From positions 124,434,001 to 124,498,000 of the forward strand of contig OZ024740.1 in assembly GCA_964016885.1 (NCBI GenBank): 64,000 bases of DNA, read 5' to 3'. Both the position numbers and the translations under genes were made by a program. Of the stretch, positions 52,664 through 64,000 are shown piece by piece. Source of the stretch: Eledone cirrhosa. Its lineage: Eukaryota. Each line of letters begins with the position of its first letter. The first letter of the stretch is position 1. The notes beneath the pieces were generated by a model, which was not told where the DNA came from, did no database searches, and worked only from the letters and a program-made list of their open reading frames with translations.

Positions 52664-52704
52664 TGCCCTTGAAAAGCCCAACTGGGCGAAACGTACGTAG
52701 GTGG
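52664..52704 (+). ncRNA. Hammerhead variant with U3-A8 core (TTGAAAA)
   Basis: tgccc-TTGAAAA-gccc-aact-gggc-GAAA-cgtacg-TA-ggtgg; palindromic stem III; weak stem I. Confidence 0.65.
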
Positions 52705-52757
52705 TGTTTTAAATAAATATGTTTTAACGGTCTATTCTCCGATTTTTTACTTTCCTA

Positions 52758-52810
<53 letters not shown>

Positions 52811-52822
52811 TTAATATAGATG

Positions 52823-52873
52823 AGATTCTACAGGACTAGAACTGTTTCATTCTTTAGAAATCATCAGGAATCT
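52823..52873 (-). ncRNA. Hammerhead ribozyme (intact core, inverted arm)
   Basis: agattc-CTGATGA-tttc-taaa-gaat-GAAA-cag...ctg-TA-gaatct. Confidence 0.85.
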
Positions 52874-53181
52874 GGGTATCAAAAAATAAGTATGGTATTT
52901 ATACAAGTGGTAGGAGAGGGTGGGGAGTGGGATGGGTGTAGATCATTGGTTGATAGAAAAGGGAATTCATTAAAAGCTAATTCTACAAAGCTATAGTTTA
53001 TTTTTATTTTTATTTTTATTTATTTTTGTTTTTAGAGTGACAAAGGCAGACAGAATTCTATAAACAGGTTCAGGATGGCATGCCATTCCTTATTATTAAG
53101 TTTCTCTTAAGCTAACAGGTGTCTATAAGATCAGTGGGGGGTCAGTCATGGTAGATAGATTTAAAGGAAACGGAGATTCTT

Positions 53182-54215
53182 AAGCTCATTCTTCTCTAAT
53201 CTAGGATTTAGTATAACTATAGAATCTAATTTGACTAGGGCCAACTTCTTAGATGTCACTCTCGACCTAGATACTTCCCTCTATTACCCGTACCACAAAC
53301 CTAACGAGTCCCTTAAATATATTAATGTTAATTCAAACCACCCCCAAAACATCACTGATAACCTAGTAAAAGGCGTCTCTATGAGAATATCCGGCCTCTC
53401 CGCCAACAAAGATATTTTTAACGCATCTGCCTCCTACTACAATGACGCCCTCGCCCGTAGCGGATTTAAAGAAAAGATAACATACCTAGAAACCACCGCA
53501 AGTTGCAGAGGAGGAATAGACATAGGCAGATTAGTTGGTACAACCCTCCCTTCAATAGAGAGGTCTCTACTCCGATAGCTAGGATTGTCTTCACTTTGCT
53601 GAAATTACACTTCCCCATACAACATAGGTACCACACCATCTTTAATAAGAACACAATAAGACTCTCCTACTCCACCACACCTAACCTAGCTAGGAATATA
53701 GCCAACCACAATTCTAAAAATTAAATAAGCCAACCACCTCCGAACCCAATCCCCGGACTGGGGCTCTGTGTAATTGCCTAAATAAGGAGGCATGCCCACT
53801 TGAAAACAAATGCCTCACAAATGATATCGTATACAAATGCGATGTCATCTCAGGCACCGATGATTGCAAAAAAACTTACATCGGCATGACCTCCAACAAC
53901 TTTAAGACCCGTTGGTATGCCCATACCCACTCCTTCAGAAGACCGGACAAATCAAACCAGACAACACTCGCCTCCTATGTTTGGGACCTCAAAAGGAACT
54001 CCACCCCCTTCACGCTTAAATGGAAAATACTCCAGAAAGCGCGCTCTTACAACGCAGGACACAAGGGCTGCGACCTTTGTATTTCAGAGAGCTACGAAAT
54101 TTTATTCGCCAAGGGCCCGCTACTGAACAAACTGTCTGAACACTGCCTGTGTTGCATGCACAAGAACTTTGCAACTTTCAAACACTTTAAGCCAGTATTA
54201 AAGCCCGATGGCTAA
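53182..54215 (+). pseudogene. Frameshifted PLE RT thumb plus GIY-YIG
   Basis: NFLDVTL, YHKPN, NSNHP, SWYNPPF, RLSYS, CNCLNKEAC, YIGMT, FKTRWYAH, CDLCISE, CMH. Confidence 0.9.
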
Positions 54216-54369
54216 AAACGACCTCCTCCTATTGGCCCCTATACCTCCTTCCCACCCTACCCCCACCCCTCCTCAACCTGAAATACGGCCACTATGGTTA
54301 TGTGAGTACCTCTTACCTATCTACATTTTCTGCCTGTAGAGGTGTTTTTATGTGCCTGCGTATATGCGT

Positions 54370-56040
<1,671 letters not shown>

Positions 56041-56503
56041 TCTTGTGAATGTGTCTGTTGTTTTTTGGCATATAGTTGAATAGTTTAAGAGTAATTTGAG
56101 GATAATTGTAAGATATGCACTCAATATTCTGAATTTGTCTACAGAATTCTCTAAACCTTTGTCACTTAGTAGAACCTTAATGATTTTAGCTTTTAAAGAA
56201 TCTCCCTTTCCTTTAAATCTATCTACCATGACTGACCCCCCACTGATCTTATAGATACCTGTTAGCTTAAGAGAAACTTAATAATAAGGAATGGCATGCC
56301 ATCCTGAACCTGTTTATAGAATTCTGTCTGCCTTTGTCACTCTAAAAACAAAAATAAATAAAAATAAAAATAAAAATAAACTATAGCTTTGTAGAATTAG
56401 CTTTTAATGAATTCCCTTTTCTATCAACCAATGACCTACACCCATCCCACTCCCCACCCTCTCCTACCACTTGTATAAATACCATACTTATTTTTTGATA
56501 CCC

Positions 56504-56554
56504 AGATTCCTGCTGATTTCTAAAGAATGAAACAGTTTTAGTCCTGTAGAATCT
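56504..56554 (+). ncRNA. Hammerhead motif with core mutation (CTGCTGA)
   Basis: Same as 52823-52873 except A6C in the core and one loop change. Confidence 0.75.
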
Positions 56555-56639
56555 CATCTATATTAAAACTTTTATACTCTGCAATGTATTGAGTACCTTA
56601 TTTACTGTGGTTACCTCCGATTCAACCCGGAATAACGTA

Positions 56640-56680
<41 letters not shown>

Positions 56681-56857
56681 CGTATTTTCAAACCTCAATT
56701 CCTAATTCTAGCGTATTTTCAAAACAAAAAACAAAATCCTTTCCTTCTTCCTTCTTTCGAAACTCCCGCTTCCTCGACCCCCCCCCCCCCCACCCGCTAC
56801 TTCGAAGGCATGGCGGTCAAACGCCTAACACACACAATCATCATGCGGCCACCCCCC

Positions 56858-56906
<49 letters not shown>

Positions 56907-57429
56907 AGGAATTCACTTCGCCAAATTTCATTGCTTTGCTGTCTATACCACGATAATCATGTAACGTAATGTACATATTTTCCTTCATCTCTACCTCCAC
57001 AATCCTAATTCCTCAATTCCTAATTCTAGCGTATTCATCTCTACCTCCACAAACCTCAATTCCTAATTCTAGCGTATTTTCAAAACAATCCATATTTCGT
57101 ATCAAGTCCAAATAGCCAATCTATCGCTAAAACAATCTACATTTTTTGTATTTATTAATTGTTAGATACGAAAGTTTTTGGTCGTATTGAACAGAACAAA
57201 TTTTGTATTTTTGTTAATCGCTTGTTAAATGTGCAAGGACCCCATTCAATCATTACCTCCTATCTAGCTACCCAACACCCCTTCCTCCCGCCCCCACGCA
57301 CCACCACTGCTATTACGTGGACCAATCATAAGCCAGAGCCCCCACGCATCACCAGTATTATTACGCGGACCAATCAGAAGCCAGAGGCCTATACTATCGC
57401 TTTCCTGGTTGCCTTTCGATATATGATGG

Positions 57430-60400
57430 ATGGATGGACTGCGGAATCCTGGAGAGTGGAGGAGAGAGCGAGAAAAATCTGGACGCTCAGCGACAATGCC
57501 AAAGATAAAGACAAATTCACCTCTTGGACGAGAATGCGAGCACTCCTCATTGTTTCGACCGCGGACGGCTAACATAACTCCATCTCCCCCCGACCCCCAC
57601 CGCCCCCAACCCCCAAACGCAATCCAAAACTTCAGAGTTGGTACCATATATGTAGGCACCCTAAAGGGTCGCGCTAACGAGGTTGTAGAAATGCTTGAAC
57701 GTAAGGAGGTCGATGTTTGTTGTATTCAAGAGACCAGGTGGAGTGGTGGGTCTGCTAGGTTCATTGAGGGTAAAAAACGATGTTATAAGCTTTTCTGGGT
57801 GGGAAACGACGATGGGCTGGGTGGAGTAGGAATCATGGTAGCAGAAAAGTGGGCAGATAAGATAATAGACGTAAATAGAGTGAACGACAGAATAATTAAA
57901 ATACGACTTGTCCTCAATAGAACTACGGTGACAGTAATATCTGCGTACGCACCCCAATCCGGACTGCCCGGCACTATAAAAGACAGATTCTATGAGACAC
58001 TGATGCTAACTACCTCCCAAATATCCGACAGTGACTATATAATTATTGCAGGCGACCTAAATGGTCACGTTGGACAACATTGTGACGGCTACGACGAAAT
58101 CCATGGAGGCTATGGGTTTGGTACTAGAAATGAGGAAGGCTCCAGAATCCTGGAATTCTGTGATGCAAATAACCTAACTATCTGTAACACTAACTTCAAA
58201 AAACGTGACAATCACCTCATCACCTATAGATCCGGGGAACACACAAGCCAGGTTGATTATATCCTTACCAGAAGACGTGACAGAGTGTCTGTTGTAAACA
58301 CTAAATTCCTCCCCCATGAAGAATGCACCTCCCAACATAGACTGATAATTAGCGACCTCATAGTCAGGACGAGACGTACTCGACAGCAGAAGAGGACTAT
58401 CCCCAGGAGAAAAATATGGAAGCTAAAGGACCCCACAGCCAGGAATAAATTTCAAAGCATATTAGTTGATGCTTTCGACAGTAAGGAAGAACATTTAGAG
58501 TCGGACAATATAGAGGGAGAGTGGGAATTTCTGAAAGCAAACCTGCTGTTGGTGACAGACGAAGTCTGTGGCTGGAGCAGGCCTGTAGGCAGGAGGAGAG
58601 TAACATGGTGGTGGAACAGTAAGGTGGAGGGGTCAATTAAGGCCAAAAAGCAGGCTTGGAAAGTATGGCGGGATGGGGGAAGTAGAGAAGACTATCAAGT
58701 GGCCAGGAGGGAAGCTAGGAGACAAGTGTACTTAGCAAGAAGGGAAGCTGAGGAAAGAAAGTTCAAGCATGTTCTACAACGCGATGACCAAAAACGTGAG
58801 GTGTTCAGGATTGCTAGGCAATGCGTCAAGGAAAACCGTGATATTGTCGGGGAGAAGTGTGTACTAAACGACGATGGCACACTTGCCATCACCGACGCTG
58901 ATAAGAAGGTAGCTTGGAAGTGTCACTATGAAAGGCTACTAAATGAGGAGAATGAATGGGAGAAAGACAGTCTCCCCCATTTCGACCCAATAGAGGGACC
59001 AGCAGTGTTAGTCGAGGGGAGTATAATAAGTAAGTCAATCAAGGATATGAAGACGGGTAAGGCGGCTGGGCCTTCGGAAATAGTTGCTGAGATGCTGAAG
59101 GCATGTGGCACGGTGGGACACACCATGGTCACCCGCATAGTTAACCAACTCGTACAGAATGGGGTTGTTCCGAAGGACTGGCATAGCAGCATCATCGTTA
59201 ACTGTTATAAGGGTAAAGGAGACGCCCTAGATAGGAGTAACTATAGAGGCATTAAATTAATCGACCAGGTCATGAAGGTCACGGAAAAAGTAATAGCGCA
59301 ACTAATCAGAGAGAGAATTGACCTAGATGAAATGCAGTTCAGGTTTGTGTCAGGCAAAAGTACCACAGACGCTCTTTTCATAGTACGACAACTACAGGAG
59401 AAGTACCTAGCTAAAGGTAAACCCCTCTACTTAGCTTTTGTCGACTTGGAGAAAGCCTTCGACAGAGTCCCCCGCTCCATTATCTGGTGGGCTCTTAGAA
59501 AACTAGGCGTTGACGAATGGCTTGTGAGGGCTATACAAGCCATGTATAAAGAAACAGTCAGCAAGGTTAGAATTAACAACGAATATAGTGAAGAGTTTAG
59601 CGTAAAAGTTGGCGTCCATCAGGGCTCTGTTCTCAGTCCCCTACTATTTATTATTGCCCTTCAGGCTATAACAGAGGAGTTCAAGACAGGCTGCCCATGG
59701 GAACTCCTATACGCAGACGACCTGGCACTCATAGCGGAATCAATGGCCGAGCTAGAGAAGAAATTCCAAACATGGAAGCACGGCCTAGAGTCAAAAGGAC
59801 TTAAAATTAACCTGGCTAAGACCAAAGTTCTAGTTTGTAGGAAAGAAAACAAGGCGGCGATCCCTTCTGGGAAATGGTCGTGCTCGGTGTGTAGGAAAGG
59901 CGTAGGTAGAAACTCCATTTTATGTCCTAAATGCAAAGTATGGGTGCATAAAAGATGTAGTGGGATCACAGGTAAGCTAACTAAGAACATAGATTTTACA
60001 TGTGGCCGGTGTTCTGGTGCAATAAGTAGCAGCAAGTGCCCACAAAATACTAGCTCTTCCAATTGCGCAGTGGGTTCTATAGAAATAGTGGACAGCTTCC
60101 GTTACCTGGGCGATAAAATCAGCAGTGGGGGAGGGTGCTCTGAAAGTACTGTAGCTAGAGTCAGAACTGGTTGGAAAAAGTTCAGAGAGCTTATACCACT
60201 ATTAGCTGCTAAAGGGTTCTCCCTAAAAATGAAAGGCAGGTTGTACGATGCCTGCATACAAACAGCAATGCTGCATGGCAGTGAGACCTGGGCATTGTGT
60301 GCAGAGGATATACGCAGACTAGAGAGGAATGAAGCTTGCATGCTCCGCTGGATGTGTAACAGTAATATACGTGAACGGCAAAGCATAAACGAACTAAGGA

Positions 60401-60666
60401 AAAAATTAGAGATAAGAGGGATCAGATGTTGTTTACTCGAGAGAAGGCTACGTTGGTTTGGACACGTGATGCGCATGAAAGTCGATAGCTGTATAACAAA
60501 GTGCAGGGCAATAAAGATAGACGGTAGTCACGGAATAGGCAGACCTAGAAAAACCTGGGACGAGCTGATAAACTCCGACATCACACACTTACACCTCTCC
60601 AAAACAATGTCACTGGACCGAGACCTTTGGCGGTACTCAGTAACAGAGAAGACCCGCCTTACCTAA
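57430..60666 (+). CDS. RTE ORF: AP endonuclease, reverse transcriptase, Cys/His (PHD-like) finger (1078 aa)
   Basis: CIQETRW, SAYAP, GDLNGH, VDYIL, SQHRL; NYRGI, VDLEKAFD, GVHQGSVLSP, YADD; CSVC...CPKC..WVHKRC; MLHGSETW, GRPRKTW. Confidence 0.96.
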   Translation: MDGLRNPGEWRREREKSGRSATMPKIKTNSPLGRECEHSSLFRPRTANITPSPPDPHRPQPPNAIQNFRVGTIYVGTLKGRANEVVEMLERKEVDVCCIQETRWSGGSARFIEGKKRCYKLFWVGNDDGLGGVGIMVAEKWADKIIDVNRVNDRIIKIRLVLNRTTVTVISAYAPQSGLPGTIKDRFYETLMLTTSQISDSDYIIIAGDLNGHVGQHCDGYDEIHGGYGFGTRNEEGSRILEFCDANNLTICNTNFKKRDNHLITYRSGEHTSQVDYILTRRRDRVSVVNTKFLPHEECTSQHRLIISDLIVRTRRTRQQKRTIPRRKIWKLKDPTARNKFQSILVDAFDSKEEHLESDNIEGEWEFLKANLLLVTDEVCGWSRPVGRRRVTWWWNSKVEGSIKAKKQAWKVWRDGGSREDYQVARREARRQVYLARREAEERKFKHVLQRDDQKREVFRIARQCVKENRDIVGEKCVLNDDGTLAITDADKKVAWKCHYERLLNEENEWEKDSLPHFDPIEGPAVLVEGSIISKSIKDMKTGKAAGPSEIVAEMLKACGTVGHTMVTRIVNQLVQNGVVPKDWHSSIIVNCYKGKGDALDRSNYRGIKLIDQVMKVTEKVIAQLIRERIDLDEMQFRFVSGKSTTDALFIVRQLQEKYLAKGKPLYLAFVDLEKAFDRVPRSIIWWALRKLGVDEWLVRAIQAMYKETVSKVRINNEYSEEFSVKVGVHQGSVLSPLLFIIALQAITEEFKTGCPWELLYADDLALIAESMAELEKKFQTWKHGLESKGLKINLAKTKVLVCRKENKAAIPSGKWSCSVCRKGVGRNSILCPKCKVWVHKRCSGITGKLTKNIDFTCGRCSGAISSSKCPQNTSSSNCAVGSIEIVDSFRYLGDKISSGGGCSESTVARVRTGWKKFRELIPLLAAKGFSLKMKGRLYDACIQTAMLHGSETWALCAEDIRRLERNEACMLRWMCNSNIRERQSINELRKKLEIRGIRCCLLERRLRWFGHVMRMKVDSCITKCRAIKIDGSHGIGRPRKTWDELINSDITHLHLSKTMSLDRDLWRYSVTEKTRLT

Positions 60667-61063
60667 ATATATAGTAAAACCTACTCCAGCCAGTAGGCAT
60701 CTCTAACAAAATATACCCCGTTCCACCCCCCCACCCCCACCCCATCCACACCACCCCGTTCTATGTAAAGTTATGTTGGTGCCGCGCCATCCAGGCCGAA
60801 ACAAATGAGATCGTGTAGGTGTCACGACAAAAAAACACACAGTCCACGCTGTAATGTGGCCGTGTAGGCAACACGGTAAAAACCTCCCAGACCCACACTG
60901 TAAATGTGGTTGGTGTTAGGAAGGGCATCCAACTGTAGAAAACCTGCCAGACAGTTCTATGCGAGCAAGACAATCACTCTTGCCTCAAGTGGGACTACCC
61001 CCGTCCAAACCCATGCAAGCGTGGAACACGGACGTTAAACGTTGATGATGATGATGATGATGA
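57430..61063 (+). mobile_element. Near-full-length RTE (BovB-type) LINE with (GAT)n tail
   Basis: Single ORF plus ~400-bp 3'UTR ending GTTGATGATGATG; 5' boundary uncertain. Confidence 0.95.
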
Positions 61064-61143
61064 TATATATATATATCACGATAAATTAACGGAGGCATTG
61101 ATAACGCACTATATATCTCTCTCTGGTGTGTTACCTTCTCAAC

Positions 61144-61194
<51 letters not shown>

Positions 61195-61198
<4 letters not shown>

Positions 61199-61415
61199 CA
61201 AGGCAAATGCTCTAACCACTAAGCCATGTGCCTCCATATATATATATATATATATATATATATCCTTGCAATCCGAAAGGTTGTGAGTTCAATTCTCAGG
61301 CCGGGTGATTTGTTGTTTCCTTGAGCAAGACACTTTATTTCACATTCCTCCAGTTTACTCAGCTGTAAAATCAAGCCAGAATCATGGAAAAGTGGACGTA
61401 AAATGATGATGATGA
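61195..61415. mobile_element. Rearranged SINE: inverted head, (TA)n, body, RTE-type tail
   Basis: Minus-strand GGAGGCACATGGCTTAGTGGTTAGAGCATTTGCCTTGCAA, then plus-strand CCTTGCAA...GAGTTCAATTC...CCTTGAGCAAGACACTT...GGACGTAAAATGATGATG. Confidence 0.75.
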
Positions 61416-61877
61416 TATATGAATAAAAGAGATTAATTTTAACCTGTTGACTTATACTTCTTGTTTTTAAATTACTCCAGAGTAAACAGACCCACCTGCA
61501 CGCTTCATTGAATGCTCTTACCTGCGTACTGAAGTGCTGGTAAGCAACCAACACATACTCAAATTTATATATATATGTGTATGTGGGGGTCTAAAACTGC
61601 ATACATTCATTTTGCCAGTCAATTTCCCAATATTATTTGGGATGCATGTGCGTTTCCTCTCTATTTTTGTTCAGTCACATATATATTTTTATATTTCAAC
61701 CTGTTTATCATGGTTGTGGTATAAGTATGGCCATATGAATTTCCTCACTTTTCTTGGTGTCACACATTCTTAACCTTGTATTCACTCTGGATGAAAATGC
61801 AGTCAATTTTTGTATCATCTAGTGCTGGGTGTCTGCATCAAACAATTTGTATCTGCTATATTGCGGCTACAACTTTG

Positions 61878-61912
<35 letters not shown>

Positions 61913-63410
61913 TTGCTAGCAAGAAAAACAGGCCTTAAATAATAATGATGATGTGGAGGCAGATGAAATATTCAAACACACACATAAGCAGTGGCGTCTC
62001 TTTAATATTCAATAGTACTACAAGGTTTAGAATTAAAGCTAACAGCAACATTTTTCCAATAAACATTACAGCTGACATGCAAATATAACTTTCAGCAAAA
62101 TTTTCAGATAAGATCCATATGGATTTCTATCATGTTATCCTTGAAATACTAAGAGAACAAAGCTTTATCTAAAGACAGGACCAAACCCAGAAGCTATGAT
62201 TCAAGTATATTACACTTCATACACTTATAAACCATTGAAGAGGGTTATAATAAATTGTGTGACTGTGTGAAATTAGCTTTCTATCCATGTAAGCATATGC
62301 ATATTCATTTCAATATGTATGTGTGTGTATATGTATGTATGGATGGATGAATACATATACTCACACCTACCCACTCCTACACATACACATATATATATAT
62401 ATATACATATATTCATACATGTGTATGGGTATATAGCATATATACTCATATATAAGTCAATCTGTATATAAGCATATATATATATATATATATATAATAG
62501 GTGCTTTAGTAGATTCATGGTTTACTGAGGAATGTACCAAAATCAGCATTCTATGCTAAGGCAGAGTGTATATATTAAAAACAAAGTGAGGTTTCACATT
62601 GAGGTCTTTATTGATTATACACAGCTATGCCCATTACACAGAAGGGTGGCTCAGGATATATGTAAAAGCTATAAATCTAAGCAAAGCTCATATCTCATCT
62701 GACTGCATCCCATACCAAAGAATGTAGAAACCTATCAAATATGGGTGTTGACCTATCACTGCACACAGAGAGTCACACATCCAATAATGCTTCCACACAC
62801 ATACACACGCACATATATATATATATATACACACTCATGCATATATATATATATATATACATGCATATACATAGAGTATGCAATGCTGAGACCATACACA
62901 CATACATATACTGTATACACACATATATATATACACACATATATATATACACACACAGATACCAAAGTACACACATATGCACACATGTACACGTACTTTC
63001 ATGTATACACACATGCACTCTTTTATGTAGACTCACAAACATGCAGTCACATAGCTTTGCGGAGTGTGTGTGTGTGTGTGTGGGGGGGGGTCCGATGGCA
63101 AGATGGCAGTGGGGGGATGTATAGGCGAAGGGGTCTTCTGCTACAAAGGCATTCAATGCCAGATGCAAAAACAACACCATCCCCACTGGTGATGACAGTA
63201 GCAGATCCACCACCATCCCACGAATGAGCACAACAGTAAAAGTTAATTTGTACACTTACCTTGGTCAGGTGTCAGTCTTTTTGCTTTGTTTAGAGCAGAT
63301 CAGACCCACATCACCCCAGCTCCATGCCCTCCATCATCTCACAAAAAACATAAACAATAGAATAACCATAATAATGATGATAATAATGATCATAATTATA
63401 ATGATGATAA

Positions 63411-63710
63411 TAAAGAGAGAAATCAGGAAATTATGGAGAATCAGACAAGTAGAAGTGGGATCGATTGTGGTTGGTACACTGGGAGCAGTTAGTAAAATGT
63501 TGGATGCATGACTTGAGATGCTAGGAATTACCATCAGGACAGGATTGTTGGAGAAAACAGCCTTGCTAGGAACAGCAAGGTTTCTAAGGAGGGTGTTGAA
63601 AAGTTTAAGGTGAAGGAATGATCCAAATGACCTTTGGCCATTTGCTATGGCTTGCTCTTTTGGTATAGTGTCTGTATAACATCTGCCAGAGCAAAAACAT
63701 TACAACTTAT
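63411..63710 (+). mobile_element. R4/Dong-like (RLE) LINE 3' fragment in (TAA/TGA)n
   Basis: EIRKLW...SIVVGTLGAV...LGI...LLEKTALLGTARFLRRVL C-terminal signature; ATA-repeat flanks. Confidence 0.75.
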
Positions 63711-63751
63711 AATAATAATAATGTTTATAATGATGATAGTAATATCTTACT

Positions 63752-64000
63752 CATCATCATCATCATCATTTCATTTTACGTCCACTTTTCCCTGCTTGCA
63801 AGGGTGGGACGGGAACTGATTCTGGCTTGATTTCTACAGCTGGATGCCCTTCCTAACACTAACCTCATTTACAGTGAGTGCTAGGTGCTTTTTTGCCATG
63901 GCACCTCCACGACCACTTTGACTGGGGTCCCTATCATCTCATTTCTACAGCTGAGTAAACTGGAGCAATGTGAAATAAAGTGCCTTGCTCAAAGAAACAA
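63752..64000 (-). mobile_element. SINE with RTE-derived 3' tail (runs off the window)
   Basis: TTGAGCAAGGCACTTTATTTCAC body joined to GTCGTGGAGGTGCCATGGCAAAA...GGAAGGGCATCCAGCTGTAGAAATCAAGC...(GAT)n, shared with the RTE at 50490-51097. Confidence 0.8.

Overview
AT-rich, microsatellite-dense eukaryotic DNA with no recognisable host gene. The repeat types (tRNA-derived SINEs, RTE/BovB-type LINEs with (GAT)n tails) suggest a cephalopod, probably an octopus; this is an inference. The window is dominated by retroelements. (1) An ~11.4 kb, very young head-to-tail array of a 4145-bp Penelope-like element (PLE) with two intact 1209-aa RT + GIY-YIG ORFs, a long Asn-rich insert and a 5' inverted pLTR piece. 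(2) Two Hydra-clade-like PLEs with long 5' inversions, plus decayed relatives. (3) A near-full-length RTE LINE (1078 aa) with truncated copies and a partner SINE. (4) Fragments of a Tx1-like and an R4/Dong-like LINE, and a solo LTR. The less obvious layer is about 20 minimal type-I hammerhead ribozyme (HHR) motifs from roughly a dozen sequence families. Many lie in small non-coding foldback or tandem elements inserted in (TA)n (retrozyme-like). Several share a pyrimidine mismatch at the 4th pair of stem II, some have non-canonical cores, and several families share a covarying 3'-tail hairpin that begins just past the point where the 5' inverted arm stops. All structures were folded by eye and element boundaries are approximate.
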